The notes under the pieces are model-generated. The model did no database searches. It was not told the origin of the DNA and saw only the letters and a program-made list of their open reading frames with translations. The position numbers and the translations under genes are program-made. A stretch of DNA of 64,000 nt from Octopus sinensis (lineage: Eukaryota), in NCBI RefSeq assembly GCF_006345805.1, contig NC_042998.1:121892001-121956000 (forward strand), in the 5' to 3' direction. Position 1 is the first letter of the stretch. Each line of letters begins with the position of its first letter. Positions 28,074 to 42,019 of this stretch are shown here, in pieces.

Positions 28074-28604
28074 GCTACTACAATAATGTTGTTCTTATTG
28101 CTATTACTGATATCATCATTAAACATTCATGTTCCATGCTGGCATGAGTTGGATAAAAGAATGAATAAGGGAATGGATAAGGAAGTGAATATAATGAGTT
28201 ATAAGTAAGACAGGTAGGGAAGAGTAGGTGACAACTATAGAGATTGGATAGGGTTGAGTAGTGGATGGAGTGAACAGTGGTTAAGGGGTTGGGGGTGACC
28301 AATGATGCATAGAGGTGAAGAGTAGCAGAATAGTAATGACGATGGGGTAGATAGAGAGAGAGGTAGGCAATGTGTATGGGGAGAGTGAGAGATGTATGGT
28401 GCTGGTCAAGGTGAGTTGATTTAATATCTTGGGGAGGGGGACAACAAAGTAAAATGTGGACAGCATTGATGATACACGATGGCTATGAAGTGAAATGGCT
28501 CTAGGTCGTGAGAAAGATTAGGGGAAGAAATTGAGCTAGGGGACCAGTTGTGCACATATGTATTTATATAGGCACAATTTAGTCGTTGCTATATATATAT
28601 AAAT

Positions 28605-29450
28605 CATCATCCTCATCATTTAACGTCTGCTTTCCATGCTAGCATGGGTTGGACGATTTGACTGAGGTCTGGCGAACCAGATGGCTGCACCAGGCTCCAA
28701 TCTGATCTGGCAGAGTTTCTACAGCTCGATGCCCTTCCTAACGCCAACCACTCCGAGAGTGTAGTGGGTGTTTTTATGTGCCACCGGCACGAGGGCCAGT
28801 CAGGCGGTACTGGCAACGGCCATGGTCAAATGGTGTTTTTTTACGTGCCACCTGCACAGGAGCCAGTCCAGCGGTACTGGCAATGGCCTTGCTCAAATGT
28901 TTTTTTCACGTGCCTATATATATATATATGGACACACAAAGCTTCCAGATCTTCACTGAACTAGGTGGTTCTTCTTGAGAATTACATAACCCCAGTCATT
29001 CTGATCCCTCTCATCTGAGAGGTTCAAGGTTCCGAGGTCAGCTATCTGAGTGTTTAAAAGAATCTATTTCTGGTGTGCTCATAATATGTACTGCTTCAGT
29101 GCAGCTGTCACATATGAAGCTTATGTTCTCTTTTAGTTTGTCTGTGATTTTACTACATCTCATGTGCCAATAACTTGCATTAGGTAAAGAGTATGGAGTT
29201 TATACCAATTCCTTTTCTGCGTACTGAGCAAGGTCATTTCCCTGAAGATACCAGGGTTCTGTCTTTTTCCCAACTAACAAAAATGTTAGTCTTTCCTAAG
29301 TTTATTTCGGTGAGGACGAAGGAAGTGCTCTTAATCCTAGGTTTAGCATCCATGTCTAATTCCTCTGAAGATTCAGCTGAGAACTAGATCATTGGCATAT
29401 AAGAGTTACCCATGGAGAGTCAGGTTGAAACTCCTGTGATGGCCTGAATA
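28605..29450 (-). mobile_element. Internally deleted RTE-type LINE: RT core fragment, C-terminus and family B tail
   Basis: Minus strand reads LYANDLVL/AESSEE...INLGKT...SGK*PCSVRRKGIGINSI, then a DL.TLNL-like C-terminal piece (~29040-28980), then GTGCCGGTGGCAC modules, GGAAGGGCAT and the (GAT)n tail at 28915-28605. Confidence 0.8.
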
Positions 29451-31249
29451 GGGGAGGAATGAGGACTGAGCTTTGATGGACACCTACTCTCATGCCAAAT
29501 TCATCACCATATTCATTGTTGATTCCCATTTTATTTGCTGTATATTTGTACATAGCTTATACAGTCCTCATACACCACTTGTATTGCAGGTTAATAAACT
29601 ACATCAAAATTAGCAGTAGCAAACACTGTAAAACTGAGGTCTGTGGTGATGAAGAAATTGGAGATAAGTATTGATCCTGCAAATATTGAAGGTTCACAAG
29701 ATATGAAACAAGATGCAGTGTCATTTTATTAGCCAACTTCAGATTTTGTTAATCAACTGTAACAGTCATAAAGTTTACTCTCCTCATTAAAGCACTTTTG
29801 GAAATTATAAACTTATTATCGTCAACTGAGTTTACAAGAATTAATGATTCTTAAAAAAAAAAATTACAGCAAAACTTAATGACTTCATTAATATACAGAG
29901 TTTCTATAAACTTTTAAATGGCTTCTTATATGTAAAAACAATAAGAAAAAGCAAATTAGCTGAAGAATTAATAATAATTACCTACCTACAAACAGTGAAG
30001 ATTATACGTAGTTTGTTAATGGTAACAAACTATTGCACATTAATAGTAATAATTTTATGATTTAAGCTTCTCACAACATATAATTAGCTCATGAATCTAG
30101 CTCCTAAATGAAGATTTATCTGTGATATTTCTCACTAGGCCATAATGAAACTATTTAAGCTGACTAAAGAACATAGTTTGTCAAAAAAAGATATTGATTT
30201 GTTACTGATGAGATACATATGAAATCATCTCCCTTAAATTTGTAGGTAGGTAGAAGAAATGGGATGTTGGTATGTTCTTCTTGTCTTTCCCAAAAGCATT
30301 AAAGGGTTTTATATTTAAATAGCTAAGATGAGCTGTTGTTAAGATGGTGAAAATTTCTTAAATTCAAATAGTGGAATATGTTACATACCATGAGGAAGAT
30401 GGCTCAAACACTTGTCTCTCCTCAGAGAATATGTAGGGCCTTCATCAGCCAATGTTGACCATGTATCTGCACTTGTATGTGCAGGCTTGGGTATGCTTCT
30501 TTTTGGAAGAATGCTAGCAGTTGACGATGTATTAATGTCTCCTTTATTTATGCCACCAATGTTTAGTCAAGAGAAAAGTTGCTGACTTGGGCCAATACAG
30601 CTTGGCATCAGTATTATCATAGGCATTGCTGTCAGAATGCAAAAAGATAGCCTAGATACTGCAAGGTGTCTAACCTGACATTCTAACAGCTCCACCAATC
30701 CATTGATTGAACTGGTACTTTTTGGGATTGGATTTGATTGCATTGTCTATGTTCAGTCCAATGTGGGATGAGGGCCTCAGCATGTTCTCTCTACCAACCA
30801 TAATTTGATGTGGAAGCTGTGAATTTGAGCTTGAGATTATACTGGTTTGATGAACCTACTCTGGCACTTTGGTTCAACATGGCTTGGCAGAGGTGTGCAG
30901 TTTTTATACTCTTATCCAGGAGTAGTCAAGTTGATTACATCAAACCCAGTGTTTAACTTGTACTTATTTTATCAACCCACAAAGAATGAAAGGCAAAATT
31001 AGCCTTGGAGGAATTTGAACTCAAAACATAAAAATGAATGAAATACTGCTAAGAATTTCGCCTGGCATGTTGATTCTGCCAGCTTGTTGCCTTAATAATA
31101 TTTTAATAATCCCGAAAGGTTGAAAGGTAAAATTAATCTCAGTGGGATTTGAGCTCAGAATGCAGAATGCTAGGACAAATATGGTGAGGCATTTTATTTA
31201 ACAAATCTGCCAATATCCCTGCTTCAGAGAAATAGAGAAAATATAAAGC

Positions 31250-31555
31250 AAACCATCCGAATGTGGCCGTTGCCAGCGCCGCCCTGACGGGCCTCCGTGC
31301 TGGTGACACGTAAAAAGCACCATCTGACTGTGGCCGTTTGCCAGCCTCGTCTGGTACCTGTGCAAGTGCTACGTAAAAAGCACCCACTACACTCACAGAG
31401 TGGTTGGCGTTAGGAAGGGCATCCAGCTGTAGAAACATTGCCAGATCAGACTGGGCCTGGTGCAGTACCTTCTGGCTTCCCAGACCCCAGCTGAACCGTC
31501 CAACCCATGCTAGCATGGAAAGCGGACGCTAAATGATGATGATGATGATGATGAT
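31250..31555 (+). mobile_element. Family B RTE-type 3' tail, young copy
   Basis: Two GTG..GGTG..CACGTAAAAAGCACC-type modules, GGCGTTAGGAAGGGCATCC, CCATGCTAGCATGG, (GAT)n. Confidence 0.85.
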
Positions 31556-32896
31556 AGGTATTTTCATTAGGCTGAAAATGTGAAATTTCTATAGGCTTAA
31601 TTTTACTTACAAGGCTTGGGTTGTCTGAAGGTTATAGTGAAAAAAATACCTTTCAAAGATAATACACATTGGGAGTGAACCTGGACCTTTGCAAAAAACA
31701 GAGCAAGCTTCTTAACCATTCAGCATCCATATAAAAAGAGGTACACACACATAAACACAAAGAAACACAAAGATGTATACATGTATCTACCTACATCATA
31801 TAGATATACACACAAACAGACACATATAAGCATCTGATTGCATCACATAGTCACAACCATACACACATGCAGGTATTCACACCCACATTCACATACATGT
31901 TTGCTTCATCTACATGCAAACCCAGACAAACACACATGCTGACACACTCACACATACATGAAAAAAAATGTTATGTTATGTTCATACACACACAACACAT
32001 ACACACACACATACACTCATATACATAAACATCACAAATACTTGTATAAGCACACACACACATAAATGTTAAAAGTGCTTCAAGAATATTTGGTATTATA
32101 TTTGATGCAGAGATCCATGTAAACAAAGCAAACATTTCTTCCCTCTGGTATCATTTGATCTTTCAACAACAGTCACCAGAATAACTAATCCCATTTGAAC
32201 TTGAGCATGTGTGCATATGCATGTATTCATTTGTGTTTATATATATATATCTGTGTGCATGTGCGTGTGTTTATATATATATATATTAAATGTACGACTA
32301 CAGAAATGAAGAGCTGCATTTTTTTTTTTCTCCCAAATCACTAAGATACACATGAATAAGTGAGTGTATATGTATATATAAATATATATACATAGATGTC
32401 TGATTGAGTGTGTACATGTAAGTAACTATGTATACATATAAGAATAAATGAATATGTGTGTGTATCCCTAAACAGACATTCATATAAATACACATCTTTA
32501 CATATATATATACATGTACAAATAAATGAATCACCTCACACATTCAAGCAAATTCCATTTTGTCAATGACTTTTAAATGCTTTTATTGATTGCTATCAAA
32601 GTGTAAAAGAAATGTTAGTATTCTCCACTATATCCAGTGTCAAGGAACAGGTCCAGGATGTGTTTAGTTTCTCACTAAATACAGAAGGAAAACAGTGTTT
32701 TGACAGTGTTCAGTGAGAGGAAAGCAAAGTGAATTATTTAGAATGCTCCTGTGGTCGTTAGTGATTTAGTATCTTTTAATGCAGTCATTAATTAGATGAA
32801 GATAATATATCTTTCTTTCTTTCTCTCTCTTTAGGAGCAGGGGTCTCAAGCTGATTAAGTTTTGGATATCTGCACATGACAATAATAATAATAATG

Positions 32897-32944
<48 letters not shown>

Positions 32945-35049
32945 TGATGCATACATGCAGATATAAACACATGGACACAAACACAGATACATACACACAC
33001 ACACACACACATGTATATATTCATCATCCTCTAATGTCTATTTTTCATATAATATATATCTCAAACACACAGATGTACACACATTCATACACTTTATTGA
33101 GAAGTAAAGATCAGAAGAATAATTGAGATGTATTCTTTTTCCGGGATACTGACCTTCCTAGTAGTTAATTAAAATGAATCAGTGAAACAGCACTGCATAC
33201 AAATCAGTAGGAAAAGTCACCATAAAAAAGGAATCATAAGCTGTATCACAGCTCAGAAAATCCAAGGAAACAAAAAAATAAATAAAGACAAAAAACAACG
33301 ATAAAAACTGCCCCAAAAAACATAATACAAAATATAAAAAAAACACATCAGATTGGTTTATTACATGATATTGATTAAATAACAACTTGAACCCCTCATT
33401 ATCTTCAAGGGTTACTGGCTACAGGGCTAATTTTCACTCTTAAGGAGTTGAAATCCATCATAGATGAAATAATAATGCAAAAAAAAAAAAAAAAAAACCA
33501 ACCAGAAAGGAAAAGAAACTATGAATGATAGTGGTATGAAGCACAATTTATTTTCACTGACAAGAGATGCTGGAATGATTGTGGAGTGGATAACCTTGCT
33601 TTGCAGCCAGATGGCTTTGTGTTCAATTATATAGTATAGCACTTTGAAAACGTGCCTTGTTGACCAGTACCTTGTAGGTTAAATGAATGTCAGCTGCAAA
33701 CTGCAAAAATCTGTTGTAGAGACACACACACATGTGCGTGCGCTCCCACTCTCTCTACATAAATACACACATACATATATATAATTGCATACATACATAT
33801 ACATACATATATGCCCTCTCTCTCTCTCCATACATACATAATTGCATACATACATATTTACACACACATCCATATATATATATATATACACATACATACA
33901 TATATATATATATATCTATACACACACACACATACATACATACACATATGTATGTATACATATATATATGTATATGTGTTTGAAGCACTTGAAAGACAAT
34001 TGAAAGCTTGTGGATACCTATGGTTACAGGTAGTAAATAATAATGCAAATACCACCACTGCCACTGCAGGGATTAGTTGATATCATCAACCCCACTTGAC
34101 TGGAACTTTATTTTAATGACCACAGGGGAATGAAAAGCAATTCTGACCATGGCAAGATTTGAAATCTGAGCATAAAAAGCAACAAGGCATTTTTTTTCTG
34201 ATGCTTTAACAATTCTGCCAGCTCTTCACTTTATTAGTAATAATAATTCCTATCTCAATTAATAAAAACTTGACTCAAGCCTTGTAAGAGTGAAACTGAA
34301 ATGACGAGAACAGTTCATAAGTCCATCAGATGGATTATGGCTGGAACTGAACTCACCGCTAACAAAGGAAATAGTTATTAATTTTACAGAGCACCAACAC
34401 TGAAATGTACAATAACAACAACAAAAACCAGAACAACAATAACAATAATTACTAGAATTATGATGTGTTATGCTGGTTCTGCCTGGGAGTTATATTAGGG
34501 GTACATGTGCTTGTGTAGCACTCAATCACTTAGACCTATAATTTAGAGAGTAGGCAATTCCAGTCAACAGAAAATCAGAACATTCATCAATGAAGCTGAC
34601 AGAGATCTATTTGCATTAATAAATCAAGTACTAGAGTTTATAAAAGTACAACTTCCCTGAAAATATATGGCCATGTGCCAAACATAAGAAAGCATTACTG
34701 CCACATACACATATTACATAATCATGAATATACACTATATGTAAAACATGAAAACTGGTTGCACTGAGTTCTTATTTTCAAATGGTTATGGCTTTTCTAT
34801 CAATATAATTTATGATGCATTTAACTTGCTTCAATTTCAAAAGTAAAAAAAATTACATTTCTATTTGTCATGTCTACTTCCATTGTAGTACATTCTTTAA
34901 TTTTATATCATCTTCAGTTTTACCATATTCTTCAACTTCTTTGCTTTATTTTGTCTCTAACTATAATTAAAAGACTGGTGACTATTTTAAAGTAAACATC
35001 AATGCTCAAGTTCTTAACAAAAAGGTTATGAAAATACACCCACATACAG

Positions 35050-35270
35050 ATGAAAATTTGTCAGTCTAGACACACACATAGACACATGCGTGTACACACA
35101 TACACACAAAAATGAAAATTTGGCAGTCTAGACACACACACACACACACACACAAAAAAAAAAATTGCCAGTCTAGACACACACACGAAAATATGGCAGT
35201 CTTGACACACACACACACACACAGAGACAGAAATGAAACTTTGCCAATCTAAAGCACACAAGTGCACACA
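35050..35270. repeat. Compound minisatellite: ~20-bp unit plus variable (CA)n, five copies
   Basis: GAAAATTTG(G/T)CAGTCTAGACACACA recurs at ~35053, 35113, 35161, 35188 and 35233. Confidence 0.85.
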
Positions 35271-35886
35271 AACACACACATGCATACACACACACACACG
35301 TACAAAGACTCGTAAGTCAAAACAGAGAATCTGAATTATCATCAGATTTTGGTGGAGATAGAGAGAGAGAGTGAGAGAGAGCAAGAAGGGGAAGAAGGCA
35401 AGGAAGGAACCTGTGATGTTGGTGGCTATGAGGTTTAGGCATTAAATACACTTGACATTAATGAACAATATAGCATCTTGTTGCCATAGTCTTGGTGTGT
35501 CAAACCTGTCTGGCAAAATACAGCCACTATGACGATAACGATGAGGACAACAACAACAACAACAACCAAGTTGTCATCATCATAGCATCTTTGTGACAAT
35601 GGAATGAAAAAGAGGCCAGCTTGTTTGGTTAGCACAATATAAAGAGAAACTGATAGACAGGAGAAGATCTTCTAGCACTTCCGGCGAAAACAACACGGAG
35701 ACGATCATCTTAGAAAAATATTAAGTGGATTGTCATAAAGATTATTATGGTAGAAGTGATATCAAGGCCAAATGAGAATGGTAAAGGGAAAATTGCAGCA
35801 AAGATACAGCATGATGTTTCTTAATATAGAAAGAAAATAATAGTTACAGGAAAACACACATACATATTTACATATATGTGTGGGCC

Positions 35887-35933
<47 letters not shown>

Positions 35934-37271
35934 TTACATATACCAAAGTATAACTTTCTCATCATGTACAGATTAATCTCTTATTGTGTGTATATGTATG
36001 TATGCTTGTACATATGTGTAATTGTATGCATGTGTATATATGTTATCATCATCAACATGTACACATAGTCATATATAGACACACAGACATGACATTTAGG
36101 TTTATACTTTTACATATGAGGCATTATAATATGTAGTTATTAGAGAGATGTGTAGAGTCTAGTGTGTGTATGCATGTGTTTGTGTGTGCATACATACATG
36201 CAGAAATCAATTATAAATAAACACACACATGCACACTTATACACACACACTCGATAATTGCAAGGAGCGAGAAATGTGTCAATTCTTCTATCTACTTCAT
36301 TTACCGATAATAAAATGGCTTCTGCTCCTCTGAACAGATAAGTTACATTCTACACCTGCCCTGGCCCAACCAATGTCCCAATTTCTCCTCCCCTCATTAT
36401 CCTTACTGTCTAACATTCCCAGACCATACACCTAATCTATTGCCCAACCATCGCTCTCAAGAACTGCAACTTTCTCGAGTTTGTACCCCGATATATATAT
36501 ATATCAACTTATAGAAAAGTTCATGCTGAATATTAACTGCATCCATCTGAGCAGTCTAGAAGAGGCCATAACAGGCATAGACACTCTCTTCTCTGAATAA
36601 AGGAAAAGAAGAAAAAAAATAAGCTTGTTGCAAACAGCAATTTCTATAAATAAAAATAGTGCAAAATCTGGTGAAAATATCCTAGATAGATCAAACAATT
36701 AGTGTTCATTGTTTAGACTCAATTAAACCATCCATCAGGATAGTCAACTGGTAGAACCATTAGAACTTTGGTAAATGCCTTGAGATATTTGTGCCAATGA
36801 TTTGCAATCCACTCCTGCTAAGGTTAATTATAACTTTCATTGTTCATTCTTCTGGGGTTGATAAAGTATGAATCAAGTACTTAGGTGATTTCTCTCTCTC
36901 TCCATTAGGCTGTGCTATTCTGTGGGAAGGATGTAGGGCAGTATTCTCAAACTATTTGATGTGGCATACTGGCAGATTTTTTTCTCCAATGTGTCAGGGA
37001 CTGGTAATATTTCTTAGTAATATTGGTTTATACTGGAAACAATATATATATAATGAATATAATAAAAGTTTACAATTTTTCTATTGCATATTTATTTTGT
37101 AAACAAATAATACCACATCACACAAGCATTTTACAATGTTTCTTTCTTTTCTGGAAACTCGCTGCTTATTGGCAGCTGATGGCTCGCAGACCAGCACCGG
37201 TCTGCAGACCACCACTTTGAGTAGCACTGTTTTGGAGATAAACAACAACTATTCTTGCAAATAATGCTACA

Positions 37272-37492
37272 CATTGGTTTCAAATCTCGGCACAATGCCA
37301 GCAATTTTTTTATGGTGGGAAGGAAGTCGATTGCATTGACCCCAGTGCTCAACTGGTGCCTATTTGACTGACCCCCAAAAAATGAAAGGCAAAGTTGACC
37401 TCAGTGGAATTTGAACTCAGAATGTAAAGACAGGCAAAATGCGGCTAAGCATTTTACTCATCATGCTAAAGATTCTGCCAGCTCACCACCTT
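37272..37492 (-). mobile_element. Family A tRNA-derived SINE with target-site duplication
   Basis: Full body with B-box (reverse complement of GGAATTTGAACTC), flanked by direct repeat AATAATGCTACA at 37260-37271 and 37493-37504. Confidence 0.85.
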
Positions 37493-37690
37493 AATAATGC
37501 TACATATCAACAACTAAGTAGGACTGGTTCATTAGAAATAAGGTATCTTGGTCATAATACCAGTGACCATGACATGAACTACTAATCTTTTGATTTTTAT
37601 CTTAGCACCTTACTGGTTCAGCGCATAATGATTAAATAAATGTAGTTGTATATCTGTGTACCTCTCTGTCTTTGAAATTTCTTTTCACAG

Positions 37691-37742
37691 ACCCCAGTGG
37701 AGCTTGACGGATGGTGTACATCTCTGTTTCCCAAGTAATCAG
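37691..37742 (+). CDS. Candidate internal exon (52 nt), unidentified
   Basis: Strong acceptor ...tttgaaatttcttttcacag| and donor CAG|gtatct. Open frame (x)PQWSLTDGVHLCFPSNQ. Confidence 0.25.
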
Positions 37743-38419
37743 GTATCTGTAACCAAATCTCCCCTTTGATGCTGATCAGTCACTACATTTTCTTCTCAGT
37801 ACTGTAAGCCAACAGATTCCCCATCAAATCAACAGTGTTCCCACTGCTTATTGCAACACCTTCTCGCAGGTATTGTGAACTAAGTCTATGAAGGCTAAGT
37901 CTACTGACCATCAACACTTTGTAGCATCAATGATAAGGATAAAAATGGATGTAAATAGTTACCCACTAGGTTGTTTGTCTAGTACACCCACTGACATTGC
38001 TGTTCATACGCCCAGATGTATATGTGTGTGTGTGTATGTTAACTTCTGCATTTAAGTACACATATAATGCATGAGTACACATACATAAACACAGAATGCA
38101 CACACTTATATATGTGTATATATATGTGTGCATGTATGCATATGTACACACATACACACACACACATTCCGCAACACTTCAAAATAGGAGAATCTGCTGA
38201 CTACTGTGGGAGAATTTGCCAAGAATAATTAAGAATCAATGAAGTGAAGACTTTCAATTAGTTTCTATCATTACCTAAATCACGGAAATTGTCAATGTGT
38301 ATCAGATAGAGGCTTCATCTGAAGATGAATCAGTCAGCTGATAGGCGGAACTAACATTCTTGCAGAGTGCTGTTCATAGTTGTGAGAACTCAACAAGTTT
38401 CTCCATGAGTGGAGGAGAA

Positions 38420-38421
<2 letters not shown>

Positions 38422-38505
<84 letters not shown>
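38422..38505. repeat. (GA)n microsatellite
   Basis: Visible directly. Confidence 0.95.
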
Positions 38506-38507
<2 letters not shown>

Positions 38508-39364
38508 GTGAGGAAGAGAGTTAAATAGATTAGCAGACCATATCAAGAATGAATGAAATTAGTAAAGTTTCACAAATGTTTATGGAGGTTGACTGGCATG
38601 CATGTGTATACAGCTGTACACACATATTCCAAAGGCATGTATATTTATGATGTATGTGTGTTGTTTATAATATGACTAGTTACATACATGTCTATAAATG
38701 CTTTTAAGCAATTTTATACCAAGTAGTTCATAGTTTCCAATGACTTATTGGTTTAATGGGAGAAAATGAGGCTGTATTAATGCTGGTAAGTTAAGTGTTA
38801 AGGATATATGGGCTGAGTATTTGGCACATTCAGAATTGAAAATCACAATGTGTATATGTGTGTGTGTATGTGTGAGAAGATATTTAATTAAGTTGTATTG
38901 CATTTGAATATTAGTTACAAGTGAATGAAACAGGAGAGAAAGGACTTTACTATTCAGTTATAATGGTGCTGTCAGTTACTTGACCGAAAGAACACTAAAC
39001 AGCAATCTTCATTATAGCAATTTGCTTCTTGCTCCTTCATATACATTATGTATTTCTTGGTAAGTGGTTGATTGAACTCTGTGTGTGTGTGTGTATATAT
39101 ATACATACACATATATATCACCCCAATTTTTCTACCTAAGTTTTTGCCAGTCACTGCAATCCCCACTCCCTACTAGCGCCTTTTTAGCAATACCTGACCG
39201 CATATATTACGACTTTCGTACCCCTTTCTTCCTTACTCTACCATCACATCTATGTTCTGATCCTTGTTATTTGGGAGTTTATCCTGGCACTTCATCATCT
39301 CTCTCTTGTTCTCTCTTACACTTTTGTTGTTTCCTACTCTTTTTCTCGTTCCCTTGCTCTATCC

Positions 39365-40150
39365 TCTGGTAGCCATGTATCTCCTCTACAGCAGCACACC
39401 TATTTCTGCCCTCACTCTTGATCACTCTCTCTCTCCTTCCCTTGTTTTTCCTCTGACTAGGTAACCAAGTATCTCCTTTACATCAGCACACCTGTTTCTC
39501 TCCTCTTTCTTGTACCTCTCTCTCTCTCTTTCTCTCACCCTCTTCTCTCATTCTCTATCTTTCATCACTCTTTCTCTATCTTTTTTTCTCTCTCTCTCTC
39601 CCTCTCTCATTGGGTAACCATGTATCTCCTGTATGGCAAGACACCTGTTTCTGCATTTCTATTTCTCTGTCGCACTCTAATCTTTCATCATCTGATATTG
39701 GATCACCTCCTCCAATACTCCCTCCATTATAGCAAGACATCCTGCTTCTGCCTCTCTGTCTCTCTGTCAAACTCTAATCTTTCATTCTCTGACACAAGTT
39801 CCCCTTTTCAGATACTCCTGCCCTTCTCATAATTCCTTGTCTTGTGAGTTACTTGGTGACTGCCAGTGCTAGTGCCATGTAAAAAGCATCCAGTCCACAC
39901 TGTAAAGTGGTTGGCATTTGGAAGGGCATCCAGCAGTAAAAATCATACCAAAACTTACCTCATCTGTGCTAGCACCACATGAAAAGCACTGAGTCCACTC
40001 TGCAGAGTGGTTGGTGCTAGGAAGGGCATCCAGTTGTAAAACCCCTGCCAAAACAGACACAGTAGCCTAGGATAGTTTTCTATCCGACTGGCTCCTGTCA
40101 ACTGTCCTACTCATGCATGCATGGGAAATGGACAATGATGGTGATGATGA
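39365..40150 (+). mobile_element. Family B long variant with an upstream triplicated GGTA(A/G)CCA(T/A)GTATCTCC...ACACCT(G/A)TTTCT unit
   Basis: Unit at ~39368, 39459 and 39613, then the same sequence as 18027 ff., two GGAAGGGCATCC blocks and a (GAT)n tail. Confidence 0.7.
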
Positions 40151-40214
40151 TATATATAGGTTTGCTGATGCAAATGGGAAAAATGGAACTCAAAACATGA
40201 GTGTTTATATATTT

Positions 40215-40322
40215 TTATTAATATTTAGCAGAAGCAACAGAGTAATCCAAGGGCTGAGTGTTTTATGCTTTAGCACTCACTGCCCTTGAGTCACTCTGTT
40301 GCTTTTGCTAAATATTAATAAA
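40215..40322. repeat. ~110-nt near-perfect hairpin
   Basis: TTATTAATATTTAGCAGAAGCAACAGAGT...CAAGGG.TGAGTG-loop-CACTCA...CCCTTG...ACTCTGTTGCTTTTGCTAAATATTAATAA. Confidence 0.9.
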
Positions 40323-42019
40323 TATGTATATATGCAAGTGCAAACATGGCTGTGAAGATAAGAAGCTGGTTTTGTAGTTATGTGGTTTCAGGTTCAGTCT
40401 ATGCACCCTCTTGGGTGCCTGCTATAAAACTGATCATGCATATCTGCAGCAGTCATTTGCTTGTGTCATTGAGCAGGATATTTATCTCTATATGCCTCAG
40501 TTTACCTAGTAGGTAGTAACAGGGATTAAATGTTTAAGTAACATTGGTTTCAGATTTGGGCACAAGGCCAGCAGTTTTGGGGGTGAGAGTACATTGATCC
40601 CAGTGTTCAACTAGTACTTATTTTATCAATCCCAAAAAGTTGAAAGGCAAAGTTGATTCAGGCGGAATTTGAACTCAAAATGAACAGATGGATGAAATGC
40701 TGCTAAGCATTTTGGCCTGGTGTGCTGAGGATTTGGCCAGCTCATAGCCTTGAAAAAAAAAATGTTTAGGTAATATTGTTTATGAAAGACAAGTAGCTGT
40801 GATGGATGGGATAAACCAAAGAAATTGTTGGATGTTACTGAATGCAAAGATAAGCAAATACCTGAAAGTAATTACATAAACAATACAACAGTTATATGAG
40901 GGCATCTATTTAGAGTTCAGTGTGTATCTAAAGTCAACTGCACAACATCCAATGGCTACTAAATGATGGGTTTTTTTTAGAAGTCAGTGGTTAACCATAG
41001 GCAACTGTATAGCAACTTGTGGTTATATACAAGTAATTATTTAGCAGGCCAAGTTTATATGAATGTAGCTGAGTAACAGCTGAAGATTCCATGAAAGTAG
41101 CCATTTCGGTTACCTGAAAATCAGATACGAAGCAGTCAGTGGCTTGTTTGAAGACAGCTTTATAATAGTAAGTAAGTGGTTACATGAAAGGAGCAAGAGT
41201 AAACATGCAAAACAAAACCAAAAAAAAAAAACACGCATACACACACAGAAAAAACAAACAAAACAATAACAACTGAATACAATATAATTGGTTTCCCATG
41301 TGCTAACTGTAGAGAGTACAGCTGCTGGTGAGAAGATTCCTCAGAGAACATATTCTGTAATAGAGTTAGTTGAGCCAGACAAAAGAAACGTTACTGTATT
41401 ATAATCCTCAAATCTCTCAGTAGGCTTAGACGGATGGAGGCAAGTAAACAAACCAATGCACAGAAAAGCTAAAAAGAAAAAAAGCAACCCAACAGAAAAG
41501 GAAACAAAACAAACAAAATTATAGTAAAACAAACATACACACACACACACACACACATATGCAAACAGTAACAAATAGGAGTGTTGTAGATAAAATATCT
41601 AAAATGATTAGATAGATATAGTTAATTCTAGTTTAGTCTCATATGTAAAACAAAGAGAACAGACTTTAAAAATAAACTGATGAATGTCTAGAGAGATCGT
41701 GGTTATGAAAGACAAGATTTAGAGTTGGTGATAGAGTAGATGCAATAATAATAATGATAATAATAGTAATAAAAAGAAGAAAAAAACTAATCAGGCAGAG
41801 ACAAATAACAAATGGTGAAGATAAGATCATTGAAAGTCGGTGATATGTAAGAAATTTGGGAAATTAATAATTTTCATGATAAAAATAAAATATTAAAAAA
41901 AAACAATGTTTATAATTCAAAGTTCAGTTATAATTGAAGAGAGACAAAGAAAAAATAATAAAAAACTAAACAAAATAGTCATATCAAAATGGAATCTGTA
42001 ATATTGATTTATTTTGACT

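Noticed and set aside
38260-38340. Minus-strand CAGATGAAGCC...GAAAC as a hammerhead, or a minus-strand exon after the (CT)n tract
   Set aside because: Core mismatch with no stem I or NUH; all three frames of the putative exon contain stops.
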